Of a stretch of 64,000 nucleotides of DNA, positions 26,718 to 36,506 are shown piece by piece. The DNA lies in the IMG/VR virus record IMGVR_UViG_3300025138_000017. One strand, given 5' to 3'. The position numbers were made by a program, and so were the translations under genes. The notes under the pieces are model-generated. The model did no database searches and was not told the origin of the DNA. It saw only the letters and a list, made by a program, of their open reading frames with translations. The DNA comes from an uncultured virus (IMG/VR IMGVR_UViG_3300025138_000017) (Duplodnaviria > Heunggongvirae > Uroviricota > Caudoviricetes). Position 1 is the first letter of the stretch, and each line of letters starts with the position of its first letter.

Positions 26718-27702
26718 CTATCAAGTTCCCCCACAGGTATGTGTGCACTCTTGCTGATACACTATATCCTCTTGCCTGAGCCATTGTAGCAACATCACCA
26801 TCACAAAGTTCTTGACCTTCTACTGTAGCTCCTACAGGCATAATCCATACAGGCCAATCAATACCAACATCTCTATACATTTGTATAACCTCATCTAACT
26901 CGTCCCATTGTTCTTGTTTAGGACCTAGTACAAACTTTAACTGACCATTAGGAATATCTCCATTGCCATTTCTTCTTGAAGCTACTAAATTATAATCTAT
27001 TAGATTCTCTGGCTTGATTGCTCTACTTCTTTTCTCACCTGACACAGTCCATAGTTTAGGTGAACATGACCAGAATATTTTAGGTCTCATACATCCTCTG
27101 TTACTACAGAAGTCTATAAACTCTTGTGTAAGTTTTTGTGTACCATTGGTCTCCCAAGTTACCCACGATGGGAAATTGCCATTATCATTTTCTCTATATG
27201 ACTTTAATATTTCCAATGCTGCTCTCTGTGCATTTCTCATTAATGGCTCACCACCAGTAAACACCATATGAGCTTGTTCGCCTGACTTAGGATGTAAATA
27301 TGTACCTGTCGGATTGTGCTCATTTGTCATACACTTTGCTAGTTCCTGTTTGATCTCTTTTGCAGACTTGTGTTTTTGTAAATGTCTGAACTTCTTTGCC
27401 CAGCTGTATGATGAGTCGCAACCTTTATCCCATACAGGTAGTTCCGTTACATTACTAATAGTAGTAGCATCAAACTTCTCATAAGGTAGCTCCCATGAAT
27501 CTGGATTAGTAGGTTCGTCTTGTCCAAAGCCACTACATTGAAGATTACATAAAAAGAACCTTACCCAAGTACTTGGTACACCAGTAAAGTATCCTTCACC
27601 TTGTATAGAATAAAAAGTCTCACTATATGTAATAGGCATATTATGATCTTTAGGTGGCAATGTATTTGTTACATTTGCTACCTGTATTGTTTCTGGTTTC
27701 AT
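26710..27702 (-). CDS. queE: 7-carboxy-7-deazaguanine synthase QueE (radical SAM)
   Basis: FYSIQGEG, CNLQC...CDS, FTGGEPL, ETNGT, SPKL, QLKFV. Confidence 0.9.
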   Translation of the reverse strand: MKPETIQVANVTNTLPPKDHNMPITYSETFYSIQGEGYFTGVPSTWVRFFLCNLQCSGFGQDEPTNPDSWELPYEKFDATTISNVTELPVWDKGCDSSYSWAKKFRHLQKHKSAKEIKQELAKCMTNEHNPTGTYLHPKSGEQAHMVFTGGEPLMRNAQRAALEILKSYRENDNGNFPSWVTWETNGTQKLTQEFIDFCSNRGCMRPKIFWSCSPKLWTVSGEKRSRAIKPENLIDYNLVASRRNGNGDIPNGQLKFVLGPKQEQWDELDEVIQMYRDVGIDWPVWIMPVGATVEGQELCDGDVATMAQARGYSVSARVHTYLWGNLIGV

Positions 27703-28301
27703 CTTCTTCTTACTCCTGACCCGTGTTTAGAACGGCCCTCTGATTGTCTCTTAACCTTTCTAAGCAGTTTTCTTTGTCTTTCCTTAGCCCTTTCTAGCTC
27801 AAACTGACTCATTCCTTCTAGGAAGTTTTCGCCGTCCATGTGCTCTTGCTCATGTAGGAATATTCTAGCTGTCATTCCACTAAATCTTTTTACACATGGG
27901 TTGCCATATGGATCTTGAAATCTAACTCTGATTAATGGCGGTCTCTTCTTCTTTATATAAAGACCAGGGAAACTTAAACAACCTTCATCAAGTAATACTG
28001 GATCACCTGATACTGCTGTAATGGTTGGATTATAACATACGAATGCTGGTTCACCCTCCATTACAAAAACTCTATATGGCAATCCTAGTTGATTAGCTGA
28101 CAAACCAATACCATTGAAATGTCTCATATGCTTTATCATATCTGACCCTAATTCAATAGGATCTATTGGTGGATTGCTAAAATCAAATCTTTCTAGCTTT
28201 GTAGCTAGTAATGAATCTGTAGGCGAGATAAGATTGTATTTCTTTTTGAATACACTTTGTGGAGCATGAGCTTCCACTTTTGCTTTGTCTACTTCCGTCA
28301 T
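27699..28301 (-). CDS. def: Peptide deformylase
   Basis: GIGLSANQ, EGCLS, HEQEHMDG. Confidence 0.95.
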   Translation of the reverse strand: MTEVDKAKVEAHAPQSVFKKKYNLISPTDSLLATKLERFDFSNPPIDPIELGSDMIKHMRHFNGIGLSANQLGLPYRVFVMEGEPAFVCYNPTITAVSGDPVLLDEGCLSFPGLYIKKKRPPLIRVRFQDPYGNPCVKRFSGMTARIFLHEQEHMDGENFLEGMSQFELERAKERQRKLLRKVKRQSEGRSKHGSGVRRR

Positions 28302-30016
28302 TGTCCTACTACCCTAGAAAAGTTTTTATGCTTCTCGAATCTTACTACATTAGAAAATTTATCAAGAAGCTGATCTGTCTTATGGCTTATTATAATGATA
28401 TTTGTATCAGAAGTCAACTCTTTTATTATCTTTAAGAATTCTTCTGTACCGGAAGTGTCTAAACTACTATCAAATATCTCGTCCATAATTAAAATATTAG
28501 TACTTGCGCTATTCTTTAACTTAGCAATTGCTCTCCATGTAAACAACAATGCTAAATCTATTCTCATTTTCTCTCCCTCTGAGAAAGATGCATATGAGAA
28601 TTCATCTCTATGTCTGGATCTTATTGTTTCTTTAAAGTCTTCATCTAAGTTAAAGTCTACAAAAAATTCCATTGCAGCTAAGTATTTATTAATTAGCTTA
28701 TTCATTACAGGAACGTACTGTTTAATAATTCTTGATTTTATTCCAGTATCCATTAACAATGTTCTTGCAGTATCAAATACTACTTGCTGTTGTCGTAGAC
28801 TAACCTTCTTTACTTTCTCATCTTCTACGTCTTGATTAAGCTGTTCTAATCTTGCTTCCGCTTCATCCTGATCACCAGCTTCGAAAGTCTTATTTGCAAT
28901 CTCGTCATTAAGCCCTTTAAGAATATCCGTATTGATAGCGATGGCAGTTCTTTCGTTGTCTTTGTTTTGATCTTTGGATTTTGCCTGAGCCTTGATCTTT
29001 TTAAGTTCCTCAATTGTTCTTGAGTTAGTTTCGATTTGGGATTCGAGCTGCTTAAGGCCGCCAATTGTCTCGGTGATAGCAGTATTTGATTCTTCTGTTT
29101 TTTCTGTTCTATACTCATTTGTTATCTCCTGACCGCATGTATCGCACTCAGTGTTATCCTCATAGAATTGAAGTTGTCTTTTGAGCTTGATAAGTTTTTT
29201 TTCTATCTGTCCTTCAAGAGTAAGATATTGCTGTACTCTATTAGAAACAGACTCTAATGATTCGCATTGTTTAAATAGTTCTTCTGCTTCGATCTCATAT
29301 GCATCAGCAAGCTCTTCATGTAGCTTGATAGCTTTTTCTGTAGAGATAATTTTATCTTTAATCTCTTGGAGCTGAGCGTCTTTATTTTCTTTTACTTTAT
29401 CTATATAGCTTTCTTGGACCGATATTTTTTCTTCTAATAAATTTAATTGATAATCTACATCTTGCAAACTATTTTTATTCAAAGAGATTCTATCTTTTAA
29501 CAACGCTGCCATTGTACTGAAGATTTGTATATCAAGTAAATCTTCTATAACTGTTCTTCTATCTACAGTACTTAATTGCATGAACGGAACAAAGTTTCTG
29601 GATCCCAATACTACTATCTGTGTAAAAGATTTGTAGTTCATCTTAAGTACGTTTTGTTCTAATACTTTTTGATAGTCTTTTGTATGTGCATCCTGATTAA
29701 GTAGTTCACCGTTTTGATATACTTCAAACTTTCTTGGTGCGTGGCCTCTGCATACTTTGTATTTGTTTGGCCCTACGCTAAACTCTACTTCCACCATTAA
29801 ATGTTTTTTGTTGACACTATTAACTAATTGAGGATTGTTAACTTTTCTAAATGGTTTCATATACAATGCATATGACAATGCATCGAGGAACGTCGACTTA
29901 CCAGCCCCGTTCTCTCCTACAATTAATGTATCTTGATGTTCGTTTAGATTAAGCTCTGTCCAAGTGTTTCCATAGGACAGGAAGTTCTTGAAGCGTATCT
30001 TCTCAAAAATTATCAT
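28298..30016 (-). CDS. gp46: Recombination ATPase subunit (Rad50/SbcC-like)
   Basis: GENGAGKS, CDTC zinc hook, FSEGEK, IMDEIFD. Start reassigned to MIIFEK. Confidence 0.96.
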   Translation of the reverse strand: MIIFEKIRFKNFLSYGNTWTELNLNEHQDTLIVGENGAGKSTFLDALSYALYMKPFRKVNNPQLVNSVNKKHLMVEVEFSVGPNKYKVCRGHAPRKFEVYQNGELLNQDAHTKDYQKVLEQNVLKMNYKSFTQIVVLGSRNFVPFMQLSTVDRRTVIEDLLDIQIFSTMAALLKDRISLNKNSLQDVDYQLNLLEEKISVQESYIDKVKENKDAQLQEIKDKIISTEKAIKLHEELADAYEIEAEELFKQCESLESVSNRVQQYLTLEGQIEKKLIKLKRQLQFYEDNTECDTCGQEITNEYRTEKTEESNTAITETIGGLKQLESQIETNSRTIEELKKIKAQAKSKDQNKDNERTAIAINTDILKGLNDEIANKTFEAGDQDEAEARLEQLNQDVEDEKVKKVSLRQQQVVFDTARTLLMDTGIKSRIIKQYVPVMNKLINKYLAAMEFFVDFNLDEDFKETIRSRHRDEFSYASFSEGEKMRIDLALLFTWRAIAKLKNSASTNILIMDEIFDSSLDTSGTEEFLKIIKELTSDTNIIIISHKTDQLLDKFSNVVRFEKHKNFSRVVGQ

Positions 30017-30029
30017 AATGTACCTTTGT

Positions 30030-31097
30030 TTACGAAACTTGCAATGCTTCGTCATACAGGCTTCTTAGTAATGCCTGTAAGTCAATTTTATCGTTCTTTA
30101 TCTCTAGGTTATCAACATATGTGTTGAGTATTGTTAATGTGTCTTCTGCTTCGTCAACTATATCCTGATCGTCTTCTAAATCCATATGAAGATGATCTGT
30201 GACTACTTGCAGATGCATTGGATCTACTTTCTCTATCTTTTCAATAAACATATCAAATAGAGTTGGATTATCTTTATTTGTAACAACTACTTTAATGATA
30301 CATCCTTCATACTTTGCAAAGTCTTTTGTTTGTTCTAACAGACCAGCCATATCTAATCCAGTATCATTGTACCATACTTTATGAAATAATGTATGAGGAT
30401 TAGGAATAAACTCCAATGTTCTCGTGTCAGTATCTAATATATGAAATCCTTTTTGATCGTCGTAGTCACTCCAAGTAAGTTCATATTCTGTACCAAGATA
30501 GTTTATAGATCCATTTTGAGACTTATGATGATAATGTCCACTACATACTAAATCAAATTTCTTAAGCCATTGATCTGATATACCATGATCAATTACAATA
30601 GACTTATTCATTTCATAACCAGACAGTTCTAAATGACCTAGCAACATTTGCGCATCAGTCTTGTCTGCCATAACAAATGTAGCCTCTTGGTTAGCATCAC
30701 ATATCCATGGTACTAGCATTATCTTAGATCCATCAAACTCAACTACGTCTGGTTGAACATATGTTGTAATGTTATCATACTCTTCTAACAACAAGTCAAT
30801 ACTATTAACATCTAATGTGTTCTTATATACACTATCATGGTTACCGACCATTACATGCATATGTATTCCTCTTTCTGCTAGAGGTGTAAAGAACATCTCC
30901 TTTGATCTTTTCAGTGAAGTAAATGAAATATACTTTCTTCTATCGAAGGTATCACCAAGATTAATTACGGTATCAATCCCTCTCTTATCAATCTCTGGAA
31001 AGAATACGTTATCATAAAACTTCTGCATATGATCTGCAATCTTCTTAGAGTCGTTTCTTGCACCAAAATGTTGGTCCGTAACTAATGCTATCTTCAT
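30030..31097 (-). CDS. gp47: Recombination nuclease subunit (Mre11/SbcD-like)
   Basis: DQHFG, GDTFD, GNHD, GHLE, SGHYH. Confidence 0.96.
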   Translation of the reverse strand: MKIALVTDQHFGARNDSKKIADHMQKFYDNVFFPEIDKRGIDTVINLGDTFDRRKYISFTSLKRSKEMFFTPLAERGIHMHVMVGNHDSVYKNTLDVNSIDLLLEEYDNITTYVQPDVVEFDGSKIMLVPWICDANQEATFVMADKTDAQMLLGHLELSGYEMNKSIVIDHGISDQWLKKFDLVCSGHYHHKSQNGSINYLGTEYELTWSDYDDQKGFHILDTDTRTLEFIPNPHTLFHKVWYNDTGLDMAGLLEQTKDFAKYEGCIIKVVVTNKDNPTLFDMFIEKIEKVDPMHLQVVTDHLHMDLEDDQDIVDEAEDTLTILNTYVDNLEIKNDKIDLQALLRSLYDEALQVS

Positions 31098-31411
31098 TGA
31101 TCTAACCTATAATATACAGTCAACTCCTCACCCTTAGCAATTGGCTTTATAGCTATCAGTGTTATGTGATTGTGTCTTGAATGGTTAAAACAATTAGGTT
31201 GTTCACCATGGTTTACAAAACCACCAAGTGGTGTTCTAATCCAATCATTCTCAAAACTCATTATATGAGTTCTACCTATCTCATAGCCTGCTGCAATATC
31301 TACCGTTGCATGTAATCCCAAGCCATCTATTTTTGATTGTTGTATTGTTACTTGGGGTGGCAGTGGTCTGTAGTTAAACTTTATCTTCGTCAACTTTTTC
31401 TTCCTCAACAA
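31094..31411 (-). CDS. SET-domain protein (putative lysine methyltransferase)
   Basis: SKIDGLGLHA, FVNHGEQPNC, IAKGEELTVYY. The true start may be TTG at 31393. Confidence 0.85.
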   Translation of the reverse strand: MLRKKKLTKIKFNYRPLPPQVTIQQSKIDGLGLHATVDIAAGYEIGRTHIMSFENDWIRTPLGGFVNHGEQPNCFNHSRHNHITLIAIKPIAKGEELTVYYRLDQ

Positions 31412-31949
31412 AATTCTCTAAACCTTTCTTTTTCTTTCTACTCTCTTTTTTCTCTGCTTCTTTAGCTTCAAAGTTAGCAACAAATTCTTGCATGTAAGGT
31501 GTATCTAAATTTATAGATCCTCCTTGATCGCCATGCTCTCCATCACTATGTGTTGCTAGTTCATCAAACACTATTGATCTTTCTAATGATTTATGTTTAA
31601 TGTATAGTTGTTTCTTCTCTCTCTGTATTCTTCTTAAGAATGCATAGTATATAATTTGAGTAAAGTACGCAAATGGGTTAGATGATTTTTCTGGATTAAA
31701 GTTGCCAATATAATTGACACAGTTTTCAATACCATCACTTATCATCTCATCCCTGTAAGTGTAGTTTATAAAGTTTGGTTTAGTAGATAATCTCGTTGAG
31801 ATCTTTAATAAGCATTCACCTATGTACTCAGGAATCCTAGGTCTGTCTTCGCCTGAATTTTCTGCTTCAACTCTAGAATCTAAATATTCTACCATCTCTG
31901 CATATAGTTTTTTATTGTCTACGTAATGTTCTGATTTGGCTCTTGGCAT
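31374..31949 (-). CDS. gp55: Late-transcription sigma factor
   Basis: HYVDNK, PNFINYTYRDEMISDG, NPFAYFTQI. Confidence 0.96.
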   Translation of the reverse strand: MPRAKSEHYVDNKKLYAEMVEYLDSRVEAENSGEDRPRIPEYIGECLLKISTRLSTKPNFINYTYRDEMISDGIENCVNYIGNFNPEKSSNPFAYFTQIIYYAFLRRIQREKKQLYIKHKSLERSIVFDELATHSDGEHGDQGGSINLDTPYMQEFVANFEAKEAEKKESRKKKKGLENFVEEEKVDEDKV

Positions 31950-31951
31950 AA

Positions 31952-32356
31952 TTAATGTATAGTTGTATTTGCATCAAGATTATCTAACTCTTCCAGTGTA
32001 TCTGGAAATTCATCTGACATTTTATTTAATGCACGTGTGATCATTTCTTCCACTCTACCATGATCATCTAAGTTTATGATTGATGCTTTGTCCTCAGTAA
32101 ACTTTTTGTAGTGCTTTATAGTATTATCCTCTATATCGTACTTTAAGGCAACGATTTTTGACTTTTTTATTACAGCAGCATTTTGTTTAGTAAACATTAA
32201 CCAATGAGAAACAGATAGTACAGGTCCAAGAGCTGAGTTTTGTTTATGAACTACAACTGGATTGTATACAGTTATCTCTAAAGGACCAGGTCCTTCTTCT
32301 ACTATGGCTAATAATTCTTCACCAGAGTCTAATTTAATTGTTGCTAAGTTTTCCAT
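31952..32356 (-). CDS. Conserved hypothetical protein (Sm-like N-terminus)
   Basis: IKLDSGEELLA; located between uvsW and gp55. Confidence 0.7.
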   Translation of the reverse strand: MENLATIKLDSGEELLAIVEEGPGPLEITVYNPVVVHKQNSALGPVLSVSHWLMFTKQNAAVIKKSKIVALKYDIEDNTIKHYKKFTEDKASIINLDDHGRVEEMITRALNKMSDEFPDTLEELDNLDANTTIH

Positions 32357-33813
32357 TAATTTTTTAGTGCTACCTTATATATTTTATAATCAAATTTTTC
32401 TTCATTGTACATTCCAACTCTTTCTGCAAAGTGTGAGAGTGTATAGTTCTTTTTAGATTTCCAGGCTAAGTTATCTGCTATATCAAAGAGAGTTGCATTA
32501 TCTTTATTATCACCCTTCCTTAGTCCTCTACCAATACTCTGTAAAATTCTTATCCTACTTTTGCTTGGTGAGCAAAACACTACATTATGCAACCTTTTAA
32601 TATTGACACCAGTACTAAAAGTACCAAAGCTGGCAACAATGATAGCGTTATTTTCATCTTCAACAATGTGTCTAATCTCTTCACGCGAGTTTCCATCTAC
32701 TTCTCCTGAAACGAAAAATACCTTCCTATCTTTATCAACACTATTTTTAATTGCAGTACTGATTTCATCATAGAGCGGCTTGCCATGTTTCTCAACAAAT
32801 TGATATAACATGAGAGTGTTCCCATTAAGGCTCAACCCTAGGTTCTTAAGGAATCTATTTCGAGCTTCATTTCTAACTATAAAATCTACTTCGTCTTGGT
32901 ATTTATCTTTTGAATGAAGTTTTTTTACTTCATCAGGATATTGCAATTCAATACATTTAACATTAAATGATGATAGTGTTCCTTTCTTTATTAGTTCATC
33001 TGTTGTAGTCACTTTCTCTACTGAACCAAATAAACCTTCAAGTACTAATTGATGTGTCTGTGTACCATCCAATGTTCCAGTAAAACCAAACCTATGCTTA
33101 CATGCTGTAAGTTTTGTCATTATTGAAGTAAGTGATTTACTTTTAAATTGATGAGCCTCGTCTCCTATAACAACATCAAATTGTTCAAACCATTTCTTAG
33201 GCATTTTAAATATTGACTGCCATGTACTAATAGTTAATAGATGTGATGTGTCTTTTTCAACTCCAGCTGTAATTAAATGAGGCTCTCCTTGGTATCCATA
33301 AGATTTAAAGTCGCCTGCCATTTGTTGAACTAATGATATTGTTGGTACTACTATCAATGTCTTCTTTGATAGGAACGCTGCAATAAGATAAATTATTAAT
33401 GACTTACCACTTGCTGTTGGTGATAGTAATAATCCTCTTTTCTTTTTTATAGCATGAGCAAATGCATCTAGTTGATAATCTCTTACCTCAAATGGTAAAT
33501 CTAATTTGCTTGCAAAAGCCTTTGCTTCTTCTAAGCTAAACTCATCATCTGCAAAAGCTGGATCAATTTCTAAATTATAATCTCTCTCTTGACAAAACTT
33601 TTGTACATGAGGAAGTAGGCCACTATATATTCTTTTGTTCTGAGGATTGAATAATCTTATCTTGCCGTCCCAGAATTTATTTCTAACGGCAGGCATAAAC
33701 TGCATACCAGGTACAGTGAATGTAAAGTAGTCTTGAAGCTCCCAACATGATCCACCATCACAATCGATAGTCATGTATACTTCATTTACTTTACGAGCTA
33801 CTAATGTTTCCAT
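32356..33813 (-). CDS. uvsW: DNA helicase UvsW
   Basis: SPTASGKS, DEAH, TGT, QSIGRGLR. Confidence 0.96.
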   Translation of the reverse strand: METLVARKVNEVYMTIDCDGGSCWELQDYFTFTVPGMQFMPAVRNKFWDGKIRLFNPQNKRIYSGLLPHVQKFCQERDYNLEIDPAFADDEFSLEEAKAFASKLDLPFEVRDYQLDAFAHAIKKKRGLLLSPTASGKSLIIYLIAAFLSKKTLIVVPTISLVQQMAGDFKSYGYQGEPHLITAGVEKDTSHLLTISTWQSIFKMPKKWFEQFDVVIGDEAHQFKSKSLTSIMTKLTACKHRFGFTGTLDGTQTHQLVLEGLFGSVEKVTTTDELIKKGTLSSFNVKCIELQYPDEVKKLHSKDKYQDEVDFIVRNEARNRFLKNLGLSLNGNTLMLYQFVEKHGKPLYDEISTAIKNSVDKDRKVFFVSGEVDGNSREEIRHIVEDENNAIIVASFGTFSTGVNIKRLHNVVFCSPSKSRIRILQSIGRGLRKGDNKDNATLFDIADNLAWKSKKNYTLSHFAERVGMYNEEKFDYKIYKVALKN

Positions 33814-34247
33814 TAAATACCAACTTTAAACTTCTCCCAGTTAATGGCAGCGTTAATGTTAAACCCTCTATTGTTTAATGACTTAATAATAGCTTCTAAG
33901 AAATCTACTTTCTCTCTGTGCATTGCTAATTTAAGTTGATTGTTAATCCAGTCTTGGTTGCGATCAATGTAATGTGTAATATCAGATTTTAGGATCCGGA
34001 GTTGCATTGGTTCCCATCCTTTCTCTTGACACATTTCATAGTCAAAATTACCTTGATAGTATTCCCATAGATCAGTATAGAGTTGTTTGGATTCTAACTC
34101 TGCTTTTCTTAGCTTCAATCTTTCTGTAGAGAATATTTTAAAATACTTACTATGAAGTTGAGGGATCTTAACTGCCTCATCTCCTAAGTTAGTTCTATCT
34201 ACGTTTGAATCTAAAGACCATTCATTATGTATTTCATCTAGTGTCAT
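33813..34247 (-). CDS. uvsY: Recombination mediator UvsY
   Basis: IPQLHSKY, RGFNINAAINWEKF; adjacent to uvsW. Start reassigned to MTLDEI. Confidence 0.9.
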   Translation of the reverse strand: MTLDEIHNEWSLDSNVDRTNLGDEAVKIPQLHSKYFKIFSTERLKLRKAELESKQLYTDLWEYYQGNFDYEMCQEKGWEPMQLRILKSDITHYIDRNQDWINNQLKLAMHREKVDFLEAIIKSLNNRGFNINAAINWEKFKVGI

Positions 34248-34461
34248 ACTTCTTCTCAAAATATAGTCTGATGGTTGCCTTTCTCCATACTGCTATAAAA
34301 AATAATATACTTGTAGTTGCTATTGTAATCTGTAATGCATTAAAAGACAACACTTCAAGACAAATGTATATAATAATAAAGTTAAGTGGAGCCATTATAA
34401 GTGTTCCTAAGAACGTATCAATAACTGCTTCCTTAATTGCCCTCTTCTTTTTTTGGTTCAC
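34234..34461 (-). CDS. Small membrane protein
   Basis: 75 aa with two hydrophobic segments. Confidence 0.6.
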   Translation of the reverse strand: MNQKKKRAIKEAVIDTFLGTLIMAPLNFIIIYICLEVLSFNALQITIATTSILFFIAVWRKATIRLYFEKKYDTR

Positions 34462-34696
34462 CTTTGTACCATTCTATAACTGTGTTCACTCGGAACGATC
34501 TCCATGCTTGTTTGTCCATTGCCCATACAGCAAAGTGTGCGCTGTTAGCAGTAATATCATGTATCTCTATATCCTGCTTTGACAATTCTTTGTTTAGAGT
34601 ACATGGCATTACTCTAACTTCATCTGAATTTATTTTTTGAAATTTAACGGTCACGATTCCAGCCTTAGCTGCATCTAAGAATTCTCTGTTGTTCAT
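34433..34696 (-). CDS. DUF2693/WYL-like SH3-fold protein
   Basis: VTVKFQK...RVMPCTL...VWAMDKQAWRSFR. Confidence 0.7.
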   Translation of the reverse strand: MNNREFLDAAKAGIVTVKFQKINSDEVRVMPCTLNKELSKQDIEIHDITANSAHFAVWAMDKQAWRSFRVNTVIEWYKGEPKKEEGN

Positions 34697-34699
34697 AAT

Positions 34700-35233
34700 T
34701 TAACTACTCGTTTTAATATCGAATTTTCTATATTTAAAAGTGGCTGTGCACTCCACATAATCAACATCTGATAATGTAGTGCTAAAAGGTAAGTCCATTA
34801 GTCCTGTTGGATAAACGTCTGTGAAAAGAACATCCTTATTAGGATTCATTGCACTATTCAAGATTGTAAGTGTTGCATCACTGAACACTTTATCGTCACC
34901 CATTGAACCGCCAGCTTCACCTGTCCATCCAGTTCCATCGTCTGTAAAGTTATCTATCCTAGTTATAGAACGAATCCAATTATAAACCTCTAAATAATTT
35001 TCCATATTTTCATCAACTCTAAAAGTTAATACTAGGTCTCCAAACATTACTAAATCACCAGGCATCTGGATCTTAGCTGAGAAGGGAGTCCCTATAGGAA
35101 TTTCACCTACCGATATGGAAGGTATTGAAACCGATTGAACAAAGAAGTTCACAGTCGGTAATTTTTTAATACTAAACTTAGCACCTAGCGGTGATAAGAA
35201 GTTAGTAGATTTAGGTTCTGAATTGAATGCCAT
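34700..35233 (-). CDS. gp3: Tail tube terminator/completion protein
   Basis: NFLSP, FFVQSVSIP, FRVDENMENY, SDATLTIL. Confidence 0.88.
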   Translation of the reverse strand: MAFNSEPKSTNFLSPLGAKFSIKKLPTVNFFVQSVSIPSISVGEIPIGTPFSAKIQMPGDLVMFGDLVLTFRVDENMENYLEVYNWIRSITRIDNFTDDGTGWTGEAGGSMGDDKVFSDATLTILNSAMNPNKDVLFTDVYPTGLMDLPFSTTLSDVDYVECTATFKYRKFDIKTSS

Positions 35234-35238
35234 AACTA

Positions 35239-35272
35239 TATTTATAATACCTTAATTACGTTTAAATGTCAA
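35239..35272 (-). promoter_or_regulatory. Overlapping sigma70 and late promoters
   Basis: TTGACA-17 nt-TATTAT overlapping TATAAATA (35239-35246). Confidence 0.65.
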
Positions 35273-35280
35273 CGCCTATT

Positions 35281-35357
35281 TGGCCTGCCTGGTAGGACTT
35301 GAACCTACAACCTATAGCTTAGAAGGCTATTGCTCTATCCAGTTGAGCTACAGGCAG
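35281..35357 (-). tRNA. tRNA-Arg (anticodon UCU)
   Basis: Full cloverleaf: CTGCCTG acceptor stem, GCTC/GAGC D-stem, ATAGC-CTTCTAA-GCTAT anticodon arm, GTAGG-TTCAAGT-CCTAC T-arm, encoded CCA. Confidence 0.96.
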
Positions 35358-35365
35358 GTTAAGTC

Positions 35366-35581
35366 TTACTTCTCGTTTACAAAGTCATTTAATTGTCTTG
35401 CGACATTAATAACATTTTCCACACTTACAAACTGATCGCCTAAAGACTTTTTGTCATTAGGAAAACTATCGTTGTGTGAGTGGATTGCATCATTAGATCT
35501 GTAGATATTACCTGTGGTAATGCTATCTGCTAATGACAGTAAGTCGGCACGTATCTCGTACCCAGATTTTGCTTGTGACAT
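35366..35581 (-). CDS. Conserved hypothetical phage protein
   Basis: 71 aa (SGYEIRADLL), AGGAG SD, its own promoter. Confidence 0.75.
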   Translation of the reverse strand: MSQAKSGYEIRADLLSLADSITTGNIYRSNDAIHSHNDSFPNDKKSLGDQFVSVENVINVARQLNDFVNEK

Positions 35582-35629
35582 ATTTTCTCCTGTGTGTATG
35601 TGTATGTCTGTACTTTATTGTACTGGGCA

Positions 35630-35658
35630 ATTATACTACATACAGATCAATAGGTCAA
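35630..35658 (-). promoter_or_regulatory. sigma70-type promoter
   Basis: TTGACC-17 nt-TATAAT. Confidence 0.78.
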
Positions 35659-35661
35659 CAG

Positions 35662-35835
35662 TTAATATTCGTATAGCTTTTTAAATGTTCTGCGAGCTTT
35701 GCTGAATCCTTTGATAGGTGTTTTGAATTTCTTATCGTTATGTTGAACTAAATGACCGTTGCCATCTATATGATAGATACCGTTAGCAACTTTAGTGTCA
35801 CCCCAATCTGTAGTCTCTTGATAAACTTTTATCAT
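35662..35835 (-). CDS. Small hypothetical protein (57 aa)
   Basis: Translated by hand: MIKVYQETTDWGDTKVANGIYHID...KGFSKARRTFKKLYEY; coupled to the upstream stop. Confidence 0.65.
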   Translation of the reverse strand: MIKVYQETTDWGDTKVANGIYHIDGNGHLVQHNDKKFKTPIKGFSKARRTFKKLYEY

Positions 35836-36047
35836 TAGTCGTATTCCTTATACATGGCACTAGCTTCGTTATCATTGAAACCTTTTGTATATTCAGCTAT
35901 CTCTTTTACACACATATCTTTTAGTTCGACTATGTCGCTGTCACAAGTATCGCCTTTATAAAAGTGTGGAGTGAATGGACGTCTGTAATAACTATCACAA
36001 TTTCCTCTATCATAAGGTCCGCCATGTCTTTCATCTATATTACTCAT
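35835..36047 (-). CDS. Small hypothetical protein
   Basis: 70 aa, RHGGPYDRGNCDSYYRR. Confidence 0.7.
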   Translation of the reverse strand: MSNIDERHGGPYDRGNCDSYYRRPFTPHFYKGDTCDSDIVELKDMCVKEIAEYTKGFNDNEASAMYKEYD

Positions 36048-36484
36048 GCTATTAAGTACCCCTTGTACATTTCATCTTCTGTAAGTTTAACAAGCTCAGT
36101 AAGCTCTTTAACAAGTGCTCTACCCTCATCAGTGAATAAGAATCCTTGATTCCAAACATAATGCTCGACATCTGGATACTCGAATGAGAAATACTTATCT
36201 CCATCAAGGTCCCACCATAGAGCAACTTGTCTATTAGATGCACCAAGATCAATCAGAGATTGAATGTGCTCTTCATACTCAGCTGCACAATGTTTTGCAT
36301 GTGCTTGCTCTTCTTCGTATGTATCTTGAGCTACCTTACCTAAATGGTCTAACTCACTACGAAGCTCTTCAACGGTAAACTCATTGTATTGACCTCTAGG
36401 TCTAAACCCATAAGCATCCTTATGCGTATCTGAGATACACTGAAGCAGTTGCTCTTTCTCTGATAATTTCAATCCGTTCTTCAT
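36044..36484 (-). CDS. Hypothetical protein
   Basis: 146 aa, ISDTHKDAYGFRPR; GGAG SD. Confidence 0.7.
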   Translation of the reverse strand: MKNGLKLSEKEQLLQCISDTHKDAYGFRPRGQYNEFTVEELRSELDHLGKVAQDTYEEEQAHAKHCAAEYEEHIQSLIDLGASNRQVALWWDLDGDKYFSFEYPDVEHYVWNQGFLFTDEGRALVKELTELVKLTEDEMYKGYLIA

Positions 36485-36506
36485 AGGGGTCTCCAGGTTG
36501 TTTATA

